A stretch of 64,000 bases of DNA from an uncultured Alphaproteobacteria bacterium (GCA_944391415.1 CALXTM010000001.1:64548-128547); one strand, 5' to 3'; counted from the stretch's first letter, positions 46,172 through 57,313 are shown. Translations and numbers: made by a program. The notes: generated from the sequence alone by a model not told the origin.

Positions 46172-46918
46172 TTATTTTTTGAACTCTGAAAGGCTTAAAA
46201 TAACCTGATTGGCAATTGTCAGGCCAAAAATTGCCGTAATGGTTGGAAGAGAGCCCAAAGTATGACGAGTCCGACCAGATGAGGTAGTTGTGCCGACATC
46301 ATCAGACAAGGCGGTGTCGGGAAGATTAATTTGCTCATCGGACCAAACACAGCAAACCTTGCTGATATCGACACCTCTTTTGCGCAGACGTTTGCGAACA
46401 AACTTGGCTAAAGCGCAGTTTTTGCTGTTGCATAATGGACCAAGCTTGATTTTGGACGGATCGGTCTTGAGCGCTGCTCCCATCGAAGAAATAAACGGTA
46501 TTTTGGCGTTGACCAGAGCTTGAATCAAATCGCATTTGGGGTTTAAGGCATCAATGGCATCAATCACAAAATCCGGCTGATATGCAAACAAAGAACTTAT
46601 AGTGTCAGCATTGACAAAAACGTCTTTGATTTCAACCTCGGCCTTAGGGTTAATTTCTAAAACACGCTGTTTGGCAACCGCGGTTTTCTTTTGACCCAAG
46701 GTGGATGACACCGCCAAAATTTGGCGATTGACATTACTTTCCTCAAAAACGTCAAAATCAACCAAAACAAAATGACCGATCCCTGCTCTTGACAAGGCCT
46801 CCAAAACATATCCTCCCACCGCGCCAAGGCCGATGATCATCACTTTGGCACGCATAAGTTTTTTGAGGCCGGATGCGCCAAGCAACATCGCTGTTCTGGC
46901 AAACCTTTGATTATCCAT
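46172..46918 (-). CDS. tcdA: tRNA threonylcarbamoyladenosine dehydratase (ThiF/HesA family)
   Basis: MDNQRFARTAMLLGASGLKKLMRAKVMIIGLGAVGG... E1-like Rossmann fold. The start is the internal ATG at 46918. Confidence 0.75.
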   Translation of the reverse strand: MDNQRFARTAMLLGASGLKKLMRAKVMIIGLGAVGGYVLEALSRAGIGHFVLVDFDVFEESNVNRQILAVSSTLGQKKTAVAKQRVLEINPKAEVEIKDVFVNADTISSLFAYQPDFVIDAIDALNPKCDLIQALVNAKIPFISSMGAALKTDPSKIKLGPLCNSKNCALAKFVRKRLRKRGVDISKVCCVWSDEQINLPDTALSDDVGTTTSSGRTRHTLGSLPTITAIFGLTIANQVILSLSEFKK

Positions 46919-47633
46919 GACAAAAATCCTCCAAATTATGCTTAACCTGGGCCACAAATGCGGCATAATCAAGCCCTTTTAACTCAGCAATGGTTTGGGC
47001 CAACGACGGAATATCCGAATAGTCGGACAAAAACGGACCGTCGCTTTCAAGCAAGATGCGATCTGTGGGAAGCATTGTAATAATTTCGCGGCTATTTTTA
47101 CGTTTTAGCAAGGCTTTTGAAATCGAGATATAGCCCCCTTTTTTGAGGACTAGACGCAAAAATTCATTGCTGCCTGAAAATGAATGTAACATAAATTGGG
47201 GCGGCATTTGCGGCAATAATCTTGCCATGACGTCTTCGACCTTAAGAGCATGAATGTTAAGCGGGCGATGAAATGCCTTGGCAATACTAATCTGGATGTT
47301 GAAAAAATGCTCCTGGCTATTAAAATCGCCGCCTTTTAATTTGTCAAGCCCGCATTCTCCAACCCAGGCAGATGGAAAACGCCGCAAGCAGGCCTCAAGT
47401 TTGGCCGCAAAATCGATGCCCGAAAGGTCGAGATACCACGGGTGAAGCCCAAAAGCCGGAACAACCAAATCTGGTGCCAGGCAGGCAAAATCGGCCACGG
47501 CTTGCCAATCTTGCGGCGAAGTAGATGCGCAAACGACCTTGACAAAACCCAAAGAACGCAACGAGGCAATAATTTGCTGGGCATCTTTTGTCTTATAGTC
47601 TTGCAAATGTAAATGAGAGTCGGTAAATTGCAT
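46911..47633 (-). CDS. TatD family hydrolase
   Basis: 240 aa. FTDSHLHLQ metal-binding N-terminus and ESDGPF near the C-terminus. Confidence 0.8.
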   Translation of the reverse strand: MQFTDSHLHLQDYKTKDAQQIIASLRSLGFVKVVCASTSPQDWQAVADFACLAPDLVVPAFGLHPWYLDLSGIDFAAKLEACLRRFPSAWVGECGLDKLKGGDFNSQEHFFNIQISIAKAFHRPLNIHALKVEDVMARLLPQMPPQFMLHSFSGSNEFLRLVLKKGGYISISKALLKRKNSREIITMLPTDRILLESDGPFLSDYSDIPSLAQTIAELKGLDYAAFVAQVKHNLEDFCHG

Positions 47634-47688
47634 ATCCTAAGTCATGGTGATTTGGTTTAAACTTTGGTGAAAAAGATTGTAGGCAATT

Positions 47689-48783
47689 ATGAATATTTTT
47701 ACAAGACCGATTTTGGAAATAAACCTCAAAAATTTATTGAATAATTATGCGGTGCTCGCAAAGTTGGCACATCCTGCCGTACCTGCTGCGGTGGTGAAAG
47801 ATGATGCTTATGGGCTGGGAGCTGAGATTGTGGCAAAGCTGCTGTATGACAAAGCAAACTGCCGCACTTTTTTTGTGGCGCATGCCGTTGAGGGCGCAAA
47901 AATTGCTCCAATGGTGCCTCTGGCTGATATTTATGTTTTGCAAGGTGTTGGCTCCGATTCAATAGATATTTTTGCCCAAATTCCGCATCTGTTACCGGTT
48001 ATAAGCTCGCCGGAGGGGTTGGATTTTTGGCTAAAAAATCGGCCGGATGATGACAGAAAACCGGCAATTCAAATCGAGACCGGGCTTAACCGTCTGGGTT
48101 TTAGAGAAGAAGAGTTAAAAAATTTGAGCCACGATAATCTAAAGATGTTTGGGTTGGTGATGTCACATCTGGCTTGCGGCGATGAAAAAGACCATTTTAT
48201 GAATGCTCATCAGCTGGCTAATTTTGAAAGGCTCAAACACAGCTATTTTCCTAACACCAAAGCAAGCTTGTCGGCCTCGGACGGGGTGTTTTTGGGGACA
48301 AATTTCAGACAAGACATGGTGCGCTTGGGGGCGGCAATGTATGGTATTAACACCGCGCCTTATCGCCCCAATCAGATGCAAAATGTTGTCAGCGTGAAAG
48401 CCCCTCTCTTGCAGGTGGCAAATTTGCCCAAAGGTGATTTTGTTGGCTACTCGGCAACATATCGCGCCAGTTCGAATCGCAAAATTGCGATTGTTTCAAT
48501 CGGATATGGCGACGGTTGGCCGCGCTCTCTGTCAAATGTCGGCAAAGTATTTTTCAAAACAAACGGGCAGATTAGTGAGGCCAGAATTATCGGCAGAGTA
48601 TCGATGGACAATATCATCTGCGATGTCACCGAGGTTTGTGATATAAAAGTCGGCGACACGGCTTATTTGGCTGATGATTTTTATACTCTTGACGAGGTAG
48701 CAATCGATGCGGGAACAATTGCTTATGAAATTATGTCAAGACTGGGCAAAAACCCAAGATTTGACCGCAAATACATAAAATAG
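47689..48783 (+). CDS. alr: alanine racemase
   Basis: 364 aa. PLP-lysine motif AVVKDDAYGLGAE and C-terminal RVSMDNI and YEI motifs. Confidence 0.9.
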   Translation: MNIFTRPILEINLKNLLNNYAVLAKLAHPAVPAAVVKDDAYGLGAEIVAKLLYDKANCRTFFVAHAVEGAKIAPMVPLADIYVLQGVGSDSIDIFAQIPHLLPVISSPEGLDFWLKNRPDDDRKPAIQIETGLNRLGFREEELKNLSHDNLKMFGLVMSHLACGDEKDHFMNAHQLANFERLKHSYFPNTKASLSASDGVFLGTNFRQDMVRLGAAMYGINTAPYRPNQMQNVVSVKAPLLQVANLPKGDFVGYSATYRASSNRKIAIVSIGYGDGWPRSLSNVGKVFFKTNGQISEARIIGRVSMDNIICDVTEVCDIKVGDTAYLADDFYTLDEVAIDAGTIAYEIMSRLGKNPRFDRKYIK

Positions 48784-48804
48784 CGCAGCCGATGAAATAT
48801 ATTA

Positions 48805-48833
48805 TTGTTTTTTTAACATCTAAATGTTATAAT
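48805..48833 (+). promoter_or_regulatory. sigma-70-type promoter (TTGTTT-N17-TATAAT) of Cys-rich gene copy A
   Basis: The hexamers and spacing were read directly from the sequence. The same element is duplicated at 49657..49685. Confidence 0.55.
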
Positions 48834-48880
48834 GATAGCAGTTGATTGATATTATTACAATAACAGCAAGGATCAAGGCG

Positions 48881-49532
48881 ATGAAAAAATTGTTTTTGGG
48901 TTTGTTTGTGGGAACCATGGTAATTGGTGCGACAAATGTTTTTGCTCTAACATGCGGTAAGTTGCCCGACTGTGATGATTTGGGGTACACTTTGACCGAG
49001 GATTTGTGCGAGGGACATACCATGGTGCGCTGTCCTTTTGACACCAGCAAGGTGTTTTGCGGTGTAAGCTGCCCATCTTTGGGGTATCCATATACCGGTG
49101 TGGTCCGTTGTTTTTCCGGTCAGACCAAAAAGATTTGCCCGATTGATGCCAGTTATTTCAAATGCGAAGGCACACCTACCCTACGTCCAGGCCAAAACCT
49201 GTAGCGATTATGGTTACTATACACTGCTAACTGAGGCTAAAGCACACTGCACAAACGGATATACGACAACAAACATAAACCCTAGTGGTATTTCGAAGCA
49301 GACTATATGTTATAAATGTAAGTAAAAAGCAACCGTTACTGCCAAGTCTTGCTCTGATCTTGGCTATCTTTCACTAACGCAAGCGCGTGCTTGCTCGGGT
49401 GGATCTAGTATGGTAGTCGTTAATAATGGCGTGACGAATATTGTTTGTTACAGATGTAAAAGCAGCACCATCGGGACCGGTTCAATAATCGGCGAGACAG
49501 CCGGCAATCGAGATGATGGGCTTAATCCGTAA
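48881..49532 (+). pseudogene. Cys-rich repeat secreted protein, copy A, disrupted (one frameshift plus one in-frame TAA)
   Basis: The frame from ATG 48881 (MKKLFLGLFVGTMVIGATNVFA...) stops at 49202-49204. The +1 frame continues with KTCSDYGYY...ICYKCK, stops at TAA 49323-49325, and the same frame continues KSCSDLGYL...VCYRCKSS... to TAA 49530-49532. The reconstructed ~217 aa parallel the 221-aa paralog. Confidence 0.65.
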
Positions 49533-49554
49533 GATTATCTAAAAAAAACAAAAG

Positions 49555-49584
49555 ACCGACCTTGCCTCAAAGGCCGGTTTTTTG
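49555..49584 (+). terminator. rho-independent terminator
   Basis: ACCGACCTT-GCCTCA-AAGGCCGGT hairpin (one mismatch) followed by TTTTTT. Confidence 0.7.
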
Positions 49585-49656
49585 TTGGCAACCAACGCCA
49601 AACAAGCAGCCGCCAAATCATGGCAAATTAGATATCATCAATATTAAAATATGTTA

Positions 49657-49685
49657 TTGTTTTTTTAATATCTAAATGTTATAAT
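49657..49685 (+). promoter_or_regulatory. sigma-70-type promoter (TTGTTT-N17-TATAAT) of Cys-rich gene copy B
   Basis: Duplicate of the element at 48805..48833, within an ~85-nt conserved upstream block. Confidence 0.55.
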
Positions 49686-49722
49686 ATTTATAGTGGTTGA
49701 TATTATTACAAGGAACAAAGCA

Positions 49723-50388
49723 ATGAAAAAGTTGATTTTGGGTACAGTCTTGGGGTTGTTGATAGTAGGTTTTGGATCTACTAATGCCGATGCGATTGTT
49801 GTAACGCCATGCTCGAAGAATGTGCCGCCAAGCTGCGATGATCTTGGTTATACGATGACAGAAGATCTATGTGGCGACTTGAATATGTTGCCCTGCCCTT
49901 GGGATTCCACCAAGGTGTTTTGTAATTTAACGTGCGAAGATTTGGGATATGAATTGGATGCTACGGGAAACCTGTTTTGCTTTTCACCGGCAGTCAAAAC
50001 TACTTGTCCCATGGATAGCTCTTATGTTAAGTGTGTTTCATCAGGACATGTACAGAATACTTGCCTAACGTTAGGTTATAATTTAACAACTGGAGGTTGC
50101 CAGTCACCGCTGGTTAAGAAGACATGTCCAATAAATAGCACTTATTTCAAATGTGTTAACGAATCATCAAGCGGCGGCGGCAGCGGTGGTTCGACCTGTG
50201 CTGACCTTGGTTATCTAACAAAAAAAGATGCTTGCTCTTGTCAATATGGCTATAAATATGCCGGAGATGATGTTGTTGCCTCTGACGGGCCATGTTATCG
50301 CTGCGGAACACAAAGCGAATGTGTAGTCGGCGGCGGAGTGGTTTGTCTGCGTTGTTATAATAACAACCTGCCGTCTCTTGCCCAATAG
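49723..50388 (+). CDS. Cys-rich repeat secreted protein, copy B (intact, 221 aa)
   Basis: Signal peptide MKKLILGTVLGLLIVGFGSTNADA, then three C..LGY...C......CP.D.S..KC modules, a GGGSGGS linker, and a TCADLGY...CYRCG module. Confidence 0.75.
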   Translation: MKKLILGTVLGLLIVGFGSTNADAIVVTPCSKNVPPSCDDLGYTMTEDLCGDLNMLPCPWDSTKVFCNLTCEDLGYELDATGNLFCFSPAVKTTCPMDSSYVKCVSSGHVQNTCLTLGYNLTTGGCQSPLVKKTCPINSTYFKCVNESSSGGGSGGSTCADLGYLTKKDACSCQYGYKYAGDDVVASDGPCYRCGTQSECVVGGGVVCLRCYNNNLPSLAQ

Positions 50389-50418
50389 TTGTGGATTGTG
50401 TAGCACGGATTGAAGCTA

Positions 50419-50455
50419 GAAGCCCCGTTTGTAAAAAACGGGGCTTCCGATTTAT
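50419..50455 (+). terminator. rho-independent terminator
   Basis: GAAGCCCCGTT-TGTAAAA-AACGGGGCTTC hairpin followed by a T-rich tail. Confidence 0.75.
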
Positions 50456-50662
50456 CTGTTTCCGACGATTTAGAAAAACAAGCCGCTAAAGTTTATTTGG
50501 AGTGTGATTATGGCTTGTTGTTGGTAAATGTCTGTGACGACAGATAAAACTCTTGATTTAATCACATTCCGATTCTAATTTTGTCAAAATTTTGGCTTAT
50601 TTTAATAAATATGTCAACATATAATTTAGGCCTTTATGATAATATTGTGTTAAAACAGATAG

Positions 50663-51175
50663 TTAGCCTTCGAGCTGAGCATGATGAGCAAATGTCGAGA
50701 CAATATCATTATGGTAGGCCTCGAGCTCTTCTTCGTGCTCGACCTCGTCTTGTAAAATCTTTAGCGCCAAAGAATAGGTTATCAGATCTGTGCCGGAGGT
50801 CAGCTCGCAAATCTTTTGGTAGCGCGCAATGGCACAGCGTTCGGCCGTCAAATTTTGCTCAAGCAAATTGACAATATAGGGCCTAGACGGTGCAGCATAT
50901 TTGCACAAGGCTACATCAGCCCAATCTTGAGGAGACAAAACCGGTGTGCCGCCCAAGGTTATAATCCGATTCGCCAAAAGTTCGGCATGCTCTAGTTCTT
51001 CTTTGGCGTGTTCCATAAACTCTGCCGAGATATCAGGCCGCAGCGGCCCGGTTGCGACTTTGGCCCCCAGCCAATATTGGTAATAGGCCAGCCATTCTTC
51101 GGCAAAAGCCGTGTTTAATATTTTGAGAAGTTCGGTTTGGTCTGTTTGCGAAATCTTTTGTGCCATTTGTCCCAT
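50663..51175 (-). CDS. ferritin-like di-iron protein (bacterioferritin/DPS-like family)
   Basis: EEWLAYYQY, HAKEELEHAELLANRI and LQDEVEHEEEL helix motifs. The start is the ATG at 51175, with a perfect AAGGAGA RBS 7 nt upstream. Confidence 0.7.
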   Translation of the reverse strand: MGQMAQKISQTDQTELLKILNTAFAEEWLAYYQYWLGAKVATGPLRPDISAEFMEHAKEELEHAELLANRIITLGGTPVLSPQDWADVALCKYAAPSRPYIVNLLEQNLTAERCAIARYQKICELTSGTDLITYSLALKILQDEVEHEEELEAYHNDIVSTFAHHAQLEG

Positions 51176-51318
51176 GGTGTTTTCTCCTTTGTATAAATTA
51201 GATTGTTGCAAAAAGCTACATAATCATGTTTTGTCACAAAACAAGATTAAAGTTGCTTTTATGGTATTTTGCTTTATGCTTAAAGCAAGGCCTTAAAAAT
51301 TATTGCAGGAGAAAAACG

Positions 51319-51954
51319 ATGGTTAAAATTGCACCAAGTCTTTTGGCAGCCGACTTTGCCAACCTTAAAGATGAAATAATGCGGCTGAACGAGGCCAAAG
51401 CCGATGCTATCCACCTTGATATAATGGACGGCAATTTCGTGCCGAACCTGACCTTTGGGCCATGTGTGGTCAAAGCCATAAGACCTTATACCAAGCTGCC
51501 GTTTGATGCGCATTTGATGGTGAAAAACCCTGATGAAATGCTGGAATGGTTTGCCTTGGCCGGGGCAGATATAATCACCGTGCATGCCGAGGTGTGCAAA
51601 CACTTGGATAAAACCATTGATGCAATTCATGCTTTGGGACTTAAGGCCGGGGTGGCGCTTAATCCATCGACTACGGAAAACACATTGGAATATGTTTTGG
51701 ACAAACTTGATCTTATTCTCGTTATGACCGTAAACCCGGGATTTGGCGGTCAGAATTTTATGGAAAATCAAATTGCTAAAATTGCTAAAATCCGCAAATT
51801 AATCGGCCATCGCAATATAATATTAAGTGTCGACGGCGGAATCAACCCGATGAGCGCATCTGAGGTAAAGGCTGCCGGAGCTGATATGTTGGTGGCCGGA
51901 ACCGCCGTGTTTGAGGGGGGGAATTATGCGGCAAATATCAAAGCTTTAAGATAA
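51319..51954 (+). CDS. rpe: ribulose-phosphate 3-epimerase
   Basis: IAPSLLAADFANL, HLDIMDGNFVPN and MTVNPGFGGQ motifs. The start is the ATG at 51319. Confidence 0.9.
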   Translation: MVKIAPSLLAADFANLKDEIMRLNEAKADAIHLDIMDGNFVPNLTFGPCVVKAIRPYTKLPFDAHLMVKNPDEMLEWFALAGADIITVHAEVCKHLDKTIDAIHALGLKAGVALNPSTTENTLEYVLDKLDLILVMTVNPGFGGQNFMENQIAKIAKIRKLIGHRNIILSVDGGINPMSASEVKAAGADMLVAGTAVFEGGNYAANIKALR

Positions 51955-52010
51955 TTTTAACCTTGCTTGATTTAGGCTTAGACCATATGTCGAATATGGG
52001 AGATATTGCC

Positions 52011-52721
52011 ATGAAACATGTGATTATGGTGGTCGAAGACGAGGAAGCTTTGGCCCTGATGCTGAAATATAACCTTGAAAAAGAGGGATATGATGTTGTG
52101 GTTGAGACAAGAGGCAACAAGGTTTTGGGCAGTGTGGAAAAAAATCAGCCCTCGGTAATATTGTTGGACTGGATGTTGCCGGAGATGTCGGGAGTGGAAA
52201 TATGCAAACTTATTCGCTCGAAACCAGATATCAAAAATATTCCCATCATTATGCTTACCGCCAAAGGTGAGGAAGAAGACAAAATCAAAGGGTTGTCGGC
52301 CGGGGCTGATGACTATGTTACCAAGCCTTTTTCCGTGCCGGAGCTGTTGGCCAGAGTAAAAACCCAATTAAGACGAGCACCAGAACCCAATACCCAAAAA
52401 GAACTGGTGTTTGAAGACATCAGAATGGATTTGGTGGAGAAAAAAGTGTTTCGCGGCGATGTTTATATTCACCTGGGACCAACCGAATTTCGCTTGCTGA
52501 AAATGCTGATGGAAACACCGGGAAAAGTGTTTTCTCGCGAGTTTTTATTAAAAAATGTTTGGGGTAACAATATCTATGTCGAATCAAGAACCGTTGACGT
52601 ACATATAAGAAGACTGCGACGCGCCTTGAATGATTATGGCCCGGATTATATACGCACCGTCAGAGCAACCGGCTATGCTATTGACATCAACCCGATAGGC
52701 GATGACGAAAATAATCCTTAA
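52011..52721 (+). CDS. phoB: OmpR/PhoB-family response regulator (PhoB-like)
   Basis: Receiver domain VVEDEEAL...ILLDWMLPEMSG...LTAKG and winged helix RTVDVHIRRLRRAL. The LDWMLP signature suggests PhoB. No cognate kinase or pst genes are in the window. Confidence 0.6.
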   Translation: MKHVIMVVEDEEALALMLKYNLEKEGYDVVVETRGNKVLGSVEKNQPSVILLDWMLPEMSGVEICKLIRSKPDIKNIPIIMLTAKGEEEDKIKGLSAGADDYVTKPFSVPELLARVKTQLRRAPEPNTQKELVFEDIRMDLVEKKVFRGDVYIHLGPTEFRLLKMLMETPGKVFSREFLLKNVWGNNIYVESRTVDVHIRRLRRALNDYGPDYIRTVRATGYAIDINPIGDDENNP

Positions 52722-52763
52722 AACCCTTGCTTTTATTTTTATCATCGGGCATATTGGCCATAA

Positions 52764-53906
<1,143 letters not shown>

Positions 53907-53908
53907 CC

Positions 53909-54823
53909 ATGGATGAAACCACCACCAAAAAAAACAATTTGCGAGTTTGCGTGTCGGGCGGACATTCTTCGGGCGACAACCCTATTTATGAACAAGAAAC
54001 ATATGAAATGGGGCGTTTAATCGCCAAAATGGGCTTTTGCTTGGACTATGGTTTTTCTAACTCAGGCGTGATGGGCGCCGTGGCTAAAGGCGTGCTTGAT
54101 GAATGGAGCGAAAGAAAAGATGAGTTCTATTCCGACGTAAGCCCGATAATCGGGGTTACAACCCAGGAATACTATGACTTGTATGAAAAAGACGCTCTGC
54201 TTGAAAAAGTTACTAACGTAGTCCTGACAGACACCATTGAAAACCGCAAAAAGAAATTGTTTGATGCCGATATTATCGTGTTTGCTCCGGGCGGGGTCGG
54301 AACATTGGATGAGCTGGCTTATGACTGTGTGGCAATGCAAGACGGATTTATTAAAACCAAGCCTTTTATAATATATAACATCAATGGCTTTTTTTACCAT
54401 ATTTTGGAATATCTGAAGGAAATGGTGAAGTCGGGATTTGCCCAACCGATACCTTTTATCGTGGTGGATAATAACCAAGAACTGGAAATTGCTTTTCGTT
54501 TGTTTAAGCTGCGCTATAATGACTGCGAAAGCTTTAAGGAGGCTTATTATCATGCCAGACGTTTGGCATATGAACTGCCGTATTTTATCAAGAAAAAAGT
54601 CGGTAAAATTTGGGTAGAGGATTTGATTGCCGAAATGTCCGAGATTGAAATGAACGGAACCATGGAGCAAAAACGCGCCTTGCATGATGAAATCGAAAAG
54701 GCTTATTTGGAAAAAGAAATCGAACGTATGTATGACCGCTTGGCCAAAGCCGGCCGCGATACCGCCGTGGTCAGTGACAAACTTACCAAATTGAAAAATT
54801 CGCGGATGAACAAGCAGTCTTAA
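53909..54823 (+). CDS. LOG/TIGR00730-family Rossmann protein with C-terminal extension
   Basis: PGGVGTLDEL signature and a GGHSSG-type N-terminus. About 100 extra C-terminal residues are predicted helical. Confidence 0.65.
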   Translation: MDETTTKKNNLRVCVSGGHSSGDNPIYEQETYEMGRLIAKMGFCLDYGFSNSGVMGAVAKGVLDEWSERKDEFYSDVSPIIGVTTQEYYDLYEKDALLEKVTNVVLTDTIENRKKKLFDADIIVFAPGGVGTLDELAYDCVAMQDGFIKTKPFIIYNINGFFYHILEYLKEMVKSGFAQPIPFIVVDNNQELEIAFRLFKLRYNDCESFKEAYYHARRLAYELPYFIKKKVGKIWVEDLIAEMSEIEMNGTMEQKRALHDEIEKAYLEKEIERMYDRLAKAGRDTAVVSDKLTKLKNSRMNKQS

Positions 54824-54874
54824 ACAAATTTTAAGCCCTCTTACAATATAATCGCCTCAAAACAAGAGGGATAC

Positions 54875-56104
54875 ATGTTAAATATCATTTGGGCCGGTTT
54901 TTTTGTATTGGCATTTATCTGCGCAATCGGGCAATCGTTGTGCGGCAATTTTGAGGTTTGGCCCCAAATGGTGCAAAGTCTGTTTGCCAGCGCCGATAAT
55001 GGATTTAAAATTGCCATCAATCTTACCGGGGTATTATGTTTTTGGCTTGGCTGCATGAAAATCGCCGAAAAATCAGGTTTGATTGATTTGTTGGCCAAAG
55101 CAATCTACCCTTTGTTTTATCGAATTATGCCCGATGTGCCCCAAAACTCGCCTGCTTTTGGCTCGATGGTGATGAATATCGCTGCCAACATCTTGGGACT
55201 TGATAATGCTGCAACCCCTATGGGGCTTAAAGCAATGGAACAGCTTCAAGATGTAAACAAAAACAAGCAAAAAGCTTCTGATGCGATGGTTTTGTTTATG
55301 GTGATAAATGCATCATCGGTAACGCTGTTTCCTATTACAATTTTGATGTATCGTTATCAAATGGGATCTGCCGATCCGGCGGCTGTGTTCATCCCAATTT
55401 TGCTGGCAACGTCGATTTCAACCATGGTTGGATTTTTGGCAACTTTGGCTTGGCAAAAAATTAATGTATTTAACAAAGTGGTGATGACTTATCTTTTGGC
55501 CGGTATAGGATTTGTGGCTGCAATTGCCTGGGGGTTTGCTGCTATGGATGAGCAAACACGGACGCAAATTTCTTATTTGATAAGCAATATTATATTAATT
55601 TCCTTGGCGACGGGGTTCATTGTCTCGGGTATGCTCAGAAAACTGAATGTTTATGAGCTGTTTATAGACGGGGCCAAAGACGGCTTCAAAATAGCCGTAC
55701 AGATTATTCCTTATTTGGTGGCAATGCTGGTTGCGATTGGTCTTTTCAGAGCATCAGGCGGATTGGACTATATTTGCTCGGGATTTGCTTGGATATTTGA
55801 AAAAATGGGACTTAATACCGATTTTGTAGCAGCCCTGCCAACCGCACTAATGAAGCCTTTGTCCGGAAGCGGAGCCAGAGCCATGATGCTTGATACTTTT
55901 GCCACCTACGGAGTTGACAGCTTTGCCGGATTTGCAGCCTCTGTCGTCCAAGGCTCAACCGAAACAACATTCTATGTTTTGGCTGTTTATTTCGGGGCTG
56001 TAAAAATCAGCAAAACAGGAGCCGCTTTGCCTCTGGCGTTGCTTGCCGATTTGGCAGGTATTGTCTCGGCTATCGGGTTGGCTTATTGGTTTTACCAGGG
56101 TTAG
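54875..56104 (+). CDS. nucleoside-recognition (Gate) domain membrane protein, fused SpmA/SpmB-like
   Basis: 409-aa polytopic membrane protein. The N-terminus [12 protein letters not shown]...[23 protein letters not shown] is typical of SpmA-like proteins. Confidence 0.6.
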   Translation: MLNIIWAGFFVLAFICAIGQSLCGNFEVWPQMVQSLFASADNGFKIAINLTGVLCFWLGCMKIAEKSGLIDLLAKAIYPLFYRIMPDVPQNSPAFGSMVMNIAANILGLDNAATPMGLKAMEQLQDVNKNKQKASDAMVLFMVINASSVTLFPITILMYRYQMGSADPAAVFIPILLATSISTMVGFLATLAWQKINVFNKVVMTYLLAGIGFVAAIAWGFAAMDEQTRTQISYLISNIILISLATGFIVSGMLRKLNVYELFIDGAKDGFKIAVQIIPYLVAMLVAIGLFRASGGLDYICSGFAWIFEKMGLNTDFVAALPTALMKPLSGSGARAMMLDTFATYGVDSFAGFAASVVQGSTETTFYVLAVYFGAVKISKTGAALPLALLADLAGIVSAIGLAYWFYQG

Positions 56105-56109
56105 AAACA

Positions 56110-56550
56110 ATGAAGGTGTTGATACAAAGAGTTTTACAAGCAGATGTCGTGGTGGATAACCAAAAAATAGCCGCCATCAATGAAGGTCTTTTGGTTTTTG
56201 TAGGCATCGAAAAAGACGATACGCAAGAACAGGCCGAATATTTGGCCAAAAAAACAGCCAATTTGCGTATATTTGAAGATAATAACGGCAAAATGAATCT
56301 GTCTGTTACGGATATTGGCGGTGCAATCTTGGCTGTTTCGCAATTTACCTTGGCCGGAGATACTTCCAGAGGAAACCGCCCGGGATTTGAAACTGCCGCC
56401 AAACCAGATAAAGCAAAACCTTTGTATGAATATTTTTGCCATTGTTTGCAGGCCTTGGGACTTGAGGTTAGGTGCGGCATTTTCCAAGCCGATATGAAAG
56501 TCGGTCTGATTAACAACGGGCCGGCAACATTTATGCTTGAAAGGAGATAA
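56110..56550 (+). CDS. dtd: D-aminoacyl-tRNA deacylase
   Basis: [37 protein letters not shown]...SQFTLAGD...GNRPGF. Confidence 0.9.
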   Translation: MKVLIQRVLQADVVVDNQKIAAINEGLLVFVGIEKDDTQEQAEYLAKKTANLRIFEDNNGKMNLSVTDIGGAILAVSQFTLAGDTSRGNRPGFETAAKPDKAKPLYEYFCHCLQALGLEVRCGIFQADMKVGLINNGPATFMLERR

Positions 56551-56554
56551 TAAA

Positions 56555-57313
56555 ATGACCCCTGCCGAAATAAAACAACAGGCACGCACTATCATTAACG
56601 ATCTGCTCGAATATCCGTTTGCTCAAGCAATCGATATTTTGCCGGCCGAGCAAAAACTCAAAATCTTACAGCAACAAGATCCGCTTGCCATCGAACCGCT
56701 GATTGGGTTGATGTTTGTTAATATAATGCTTGGAAAACGGCAAATTGCTGTGGAACTTGGCGAAAGAATATGGAATATCGGCGGCGATATATCGGCTTTT
56801 TTTGAGTTGATTTTGGCTGATTGCTTGCTTAACCTTGGCCAAATTGACAGAGCCGGAATATTGTTGCAGTCACGATTTGAGGCTATCCGCGAAAACTTAA
56901 AACATTTTTATATGGTTATGGTAAAATATGCGCTGATATCAGGCAATTTGGCTTTGGTTAAAAAAATCGGCGATTATCCAGAGGCTTATGAGCAAGAAAC
57001 CGAGCTGTTCGAATTTGCCGCCAATCATGCATTTGATATTTCCGTAAACGATTATCGCGCAGTTATAAAAATTATGCTTGATAACCTTAAAGATCAGCTC
57101 TGCGCATGGGAATATACTACTCATGAAGACGACGAACTGGAACTAATATTCTACTCGGCTGCCGACACCGCGCAAAATGAAAAAATACAAGAGCAAATAT
57201 TGGCCAAAATAAATGGATATTTTGCCAGCATGCAAAGACCTTTTCTTGAGGATTTATACTTAAAAATACTAAATATCAAACTTCATCCGGCCTGGGTAAG
57301 ACAAGAAGATTAG
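56555..57313 (+). CDS. hypothetical protein (helical repeat)
   Basis: ATG at 56555 with an AAGGAGA RBS inside the dtd 3' end. No recognisable motif. Confidence 0.55.
   Translation: MTPAEIKQQARTIINDLLEYPFAQAIDILPAEQKLKILQQQDPLAIEPLIGLMFVNIMLGKRQIAVELGERIWNIGGDISAFFELILADCLLNLGQIDRAGILLQSRFEAIRENLKHFYMVMVKYALISGNLALVKKIGDYPEAYEQETELFEFAANHAFDISVNDYRAVIKIMLDNLKDQLCAWEYTTHEDDELELIFYSAADTAQNEKIQEQILAKINGYFASMQRPFLEDLYLKILNIKLHPAWVRQED

Noticed and set aside
49098-49325. 75-aa ORF reported by the track as a separate gene
   Set aside because: Its N-terminal part overlaps the preceding frame and lacks an RBS. Only the part after ~49198 resembles the paralog's module, so it is the frameshifted continuation of copy A.
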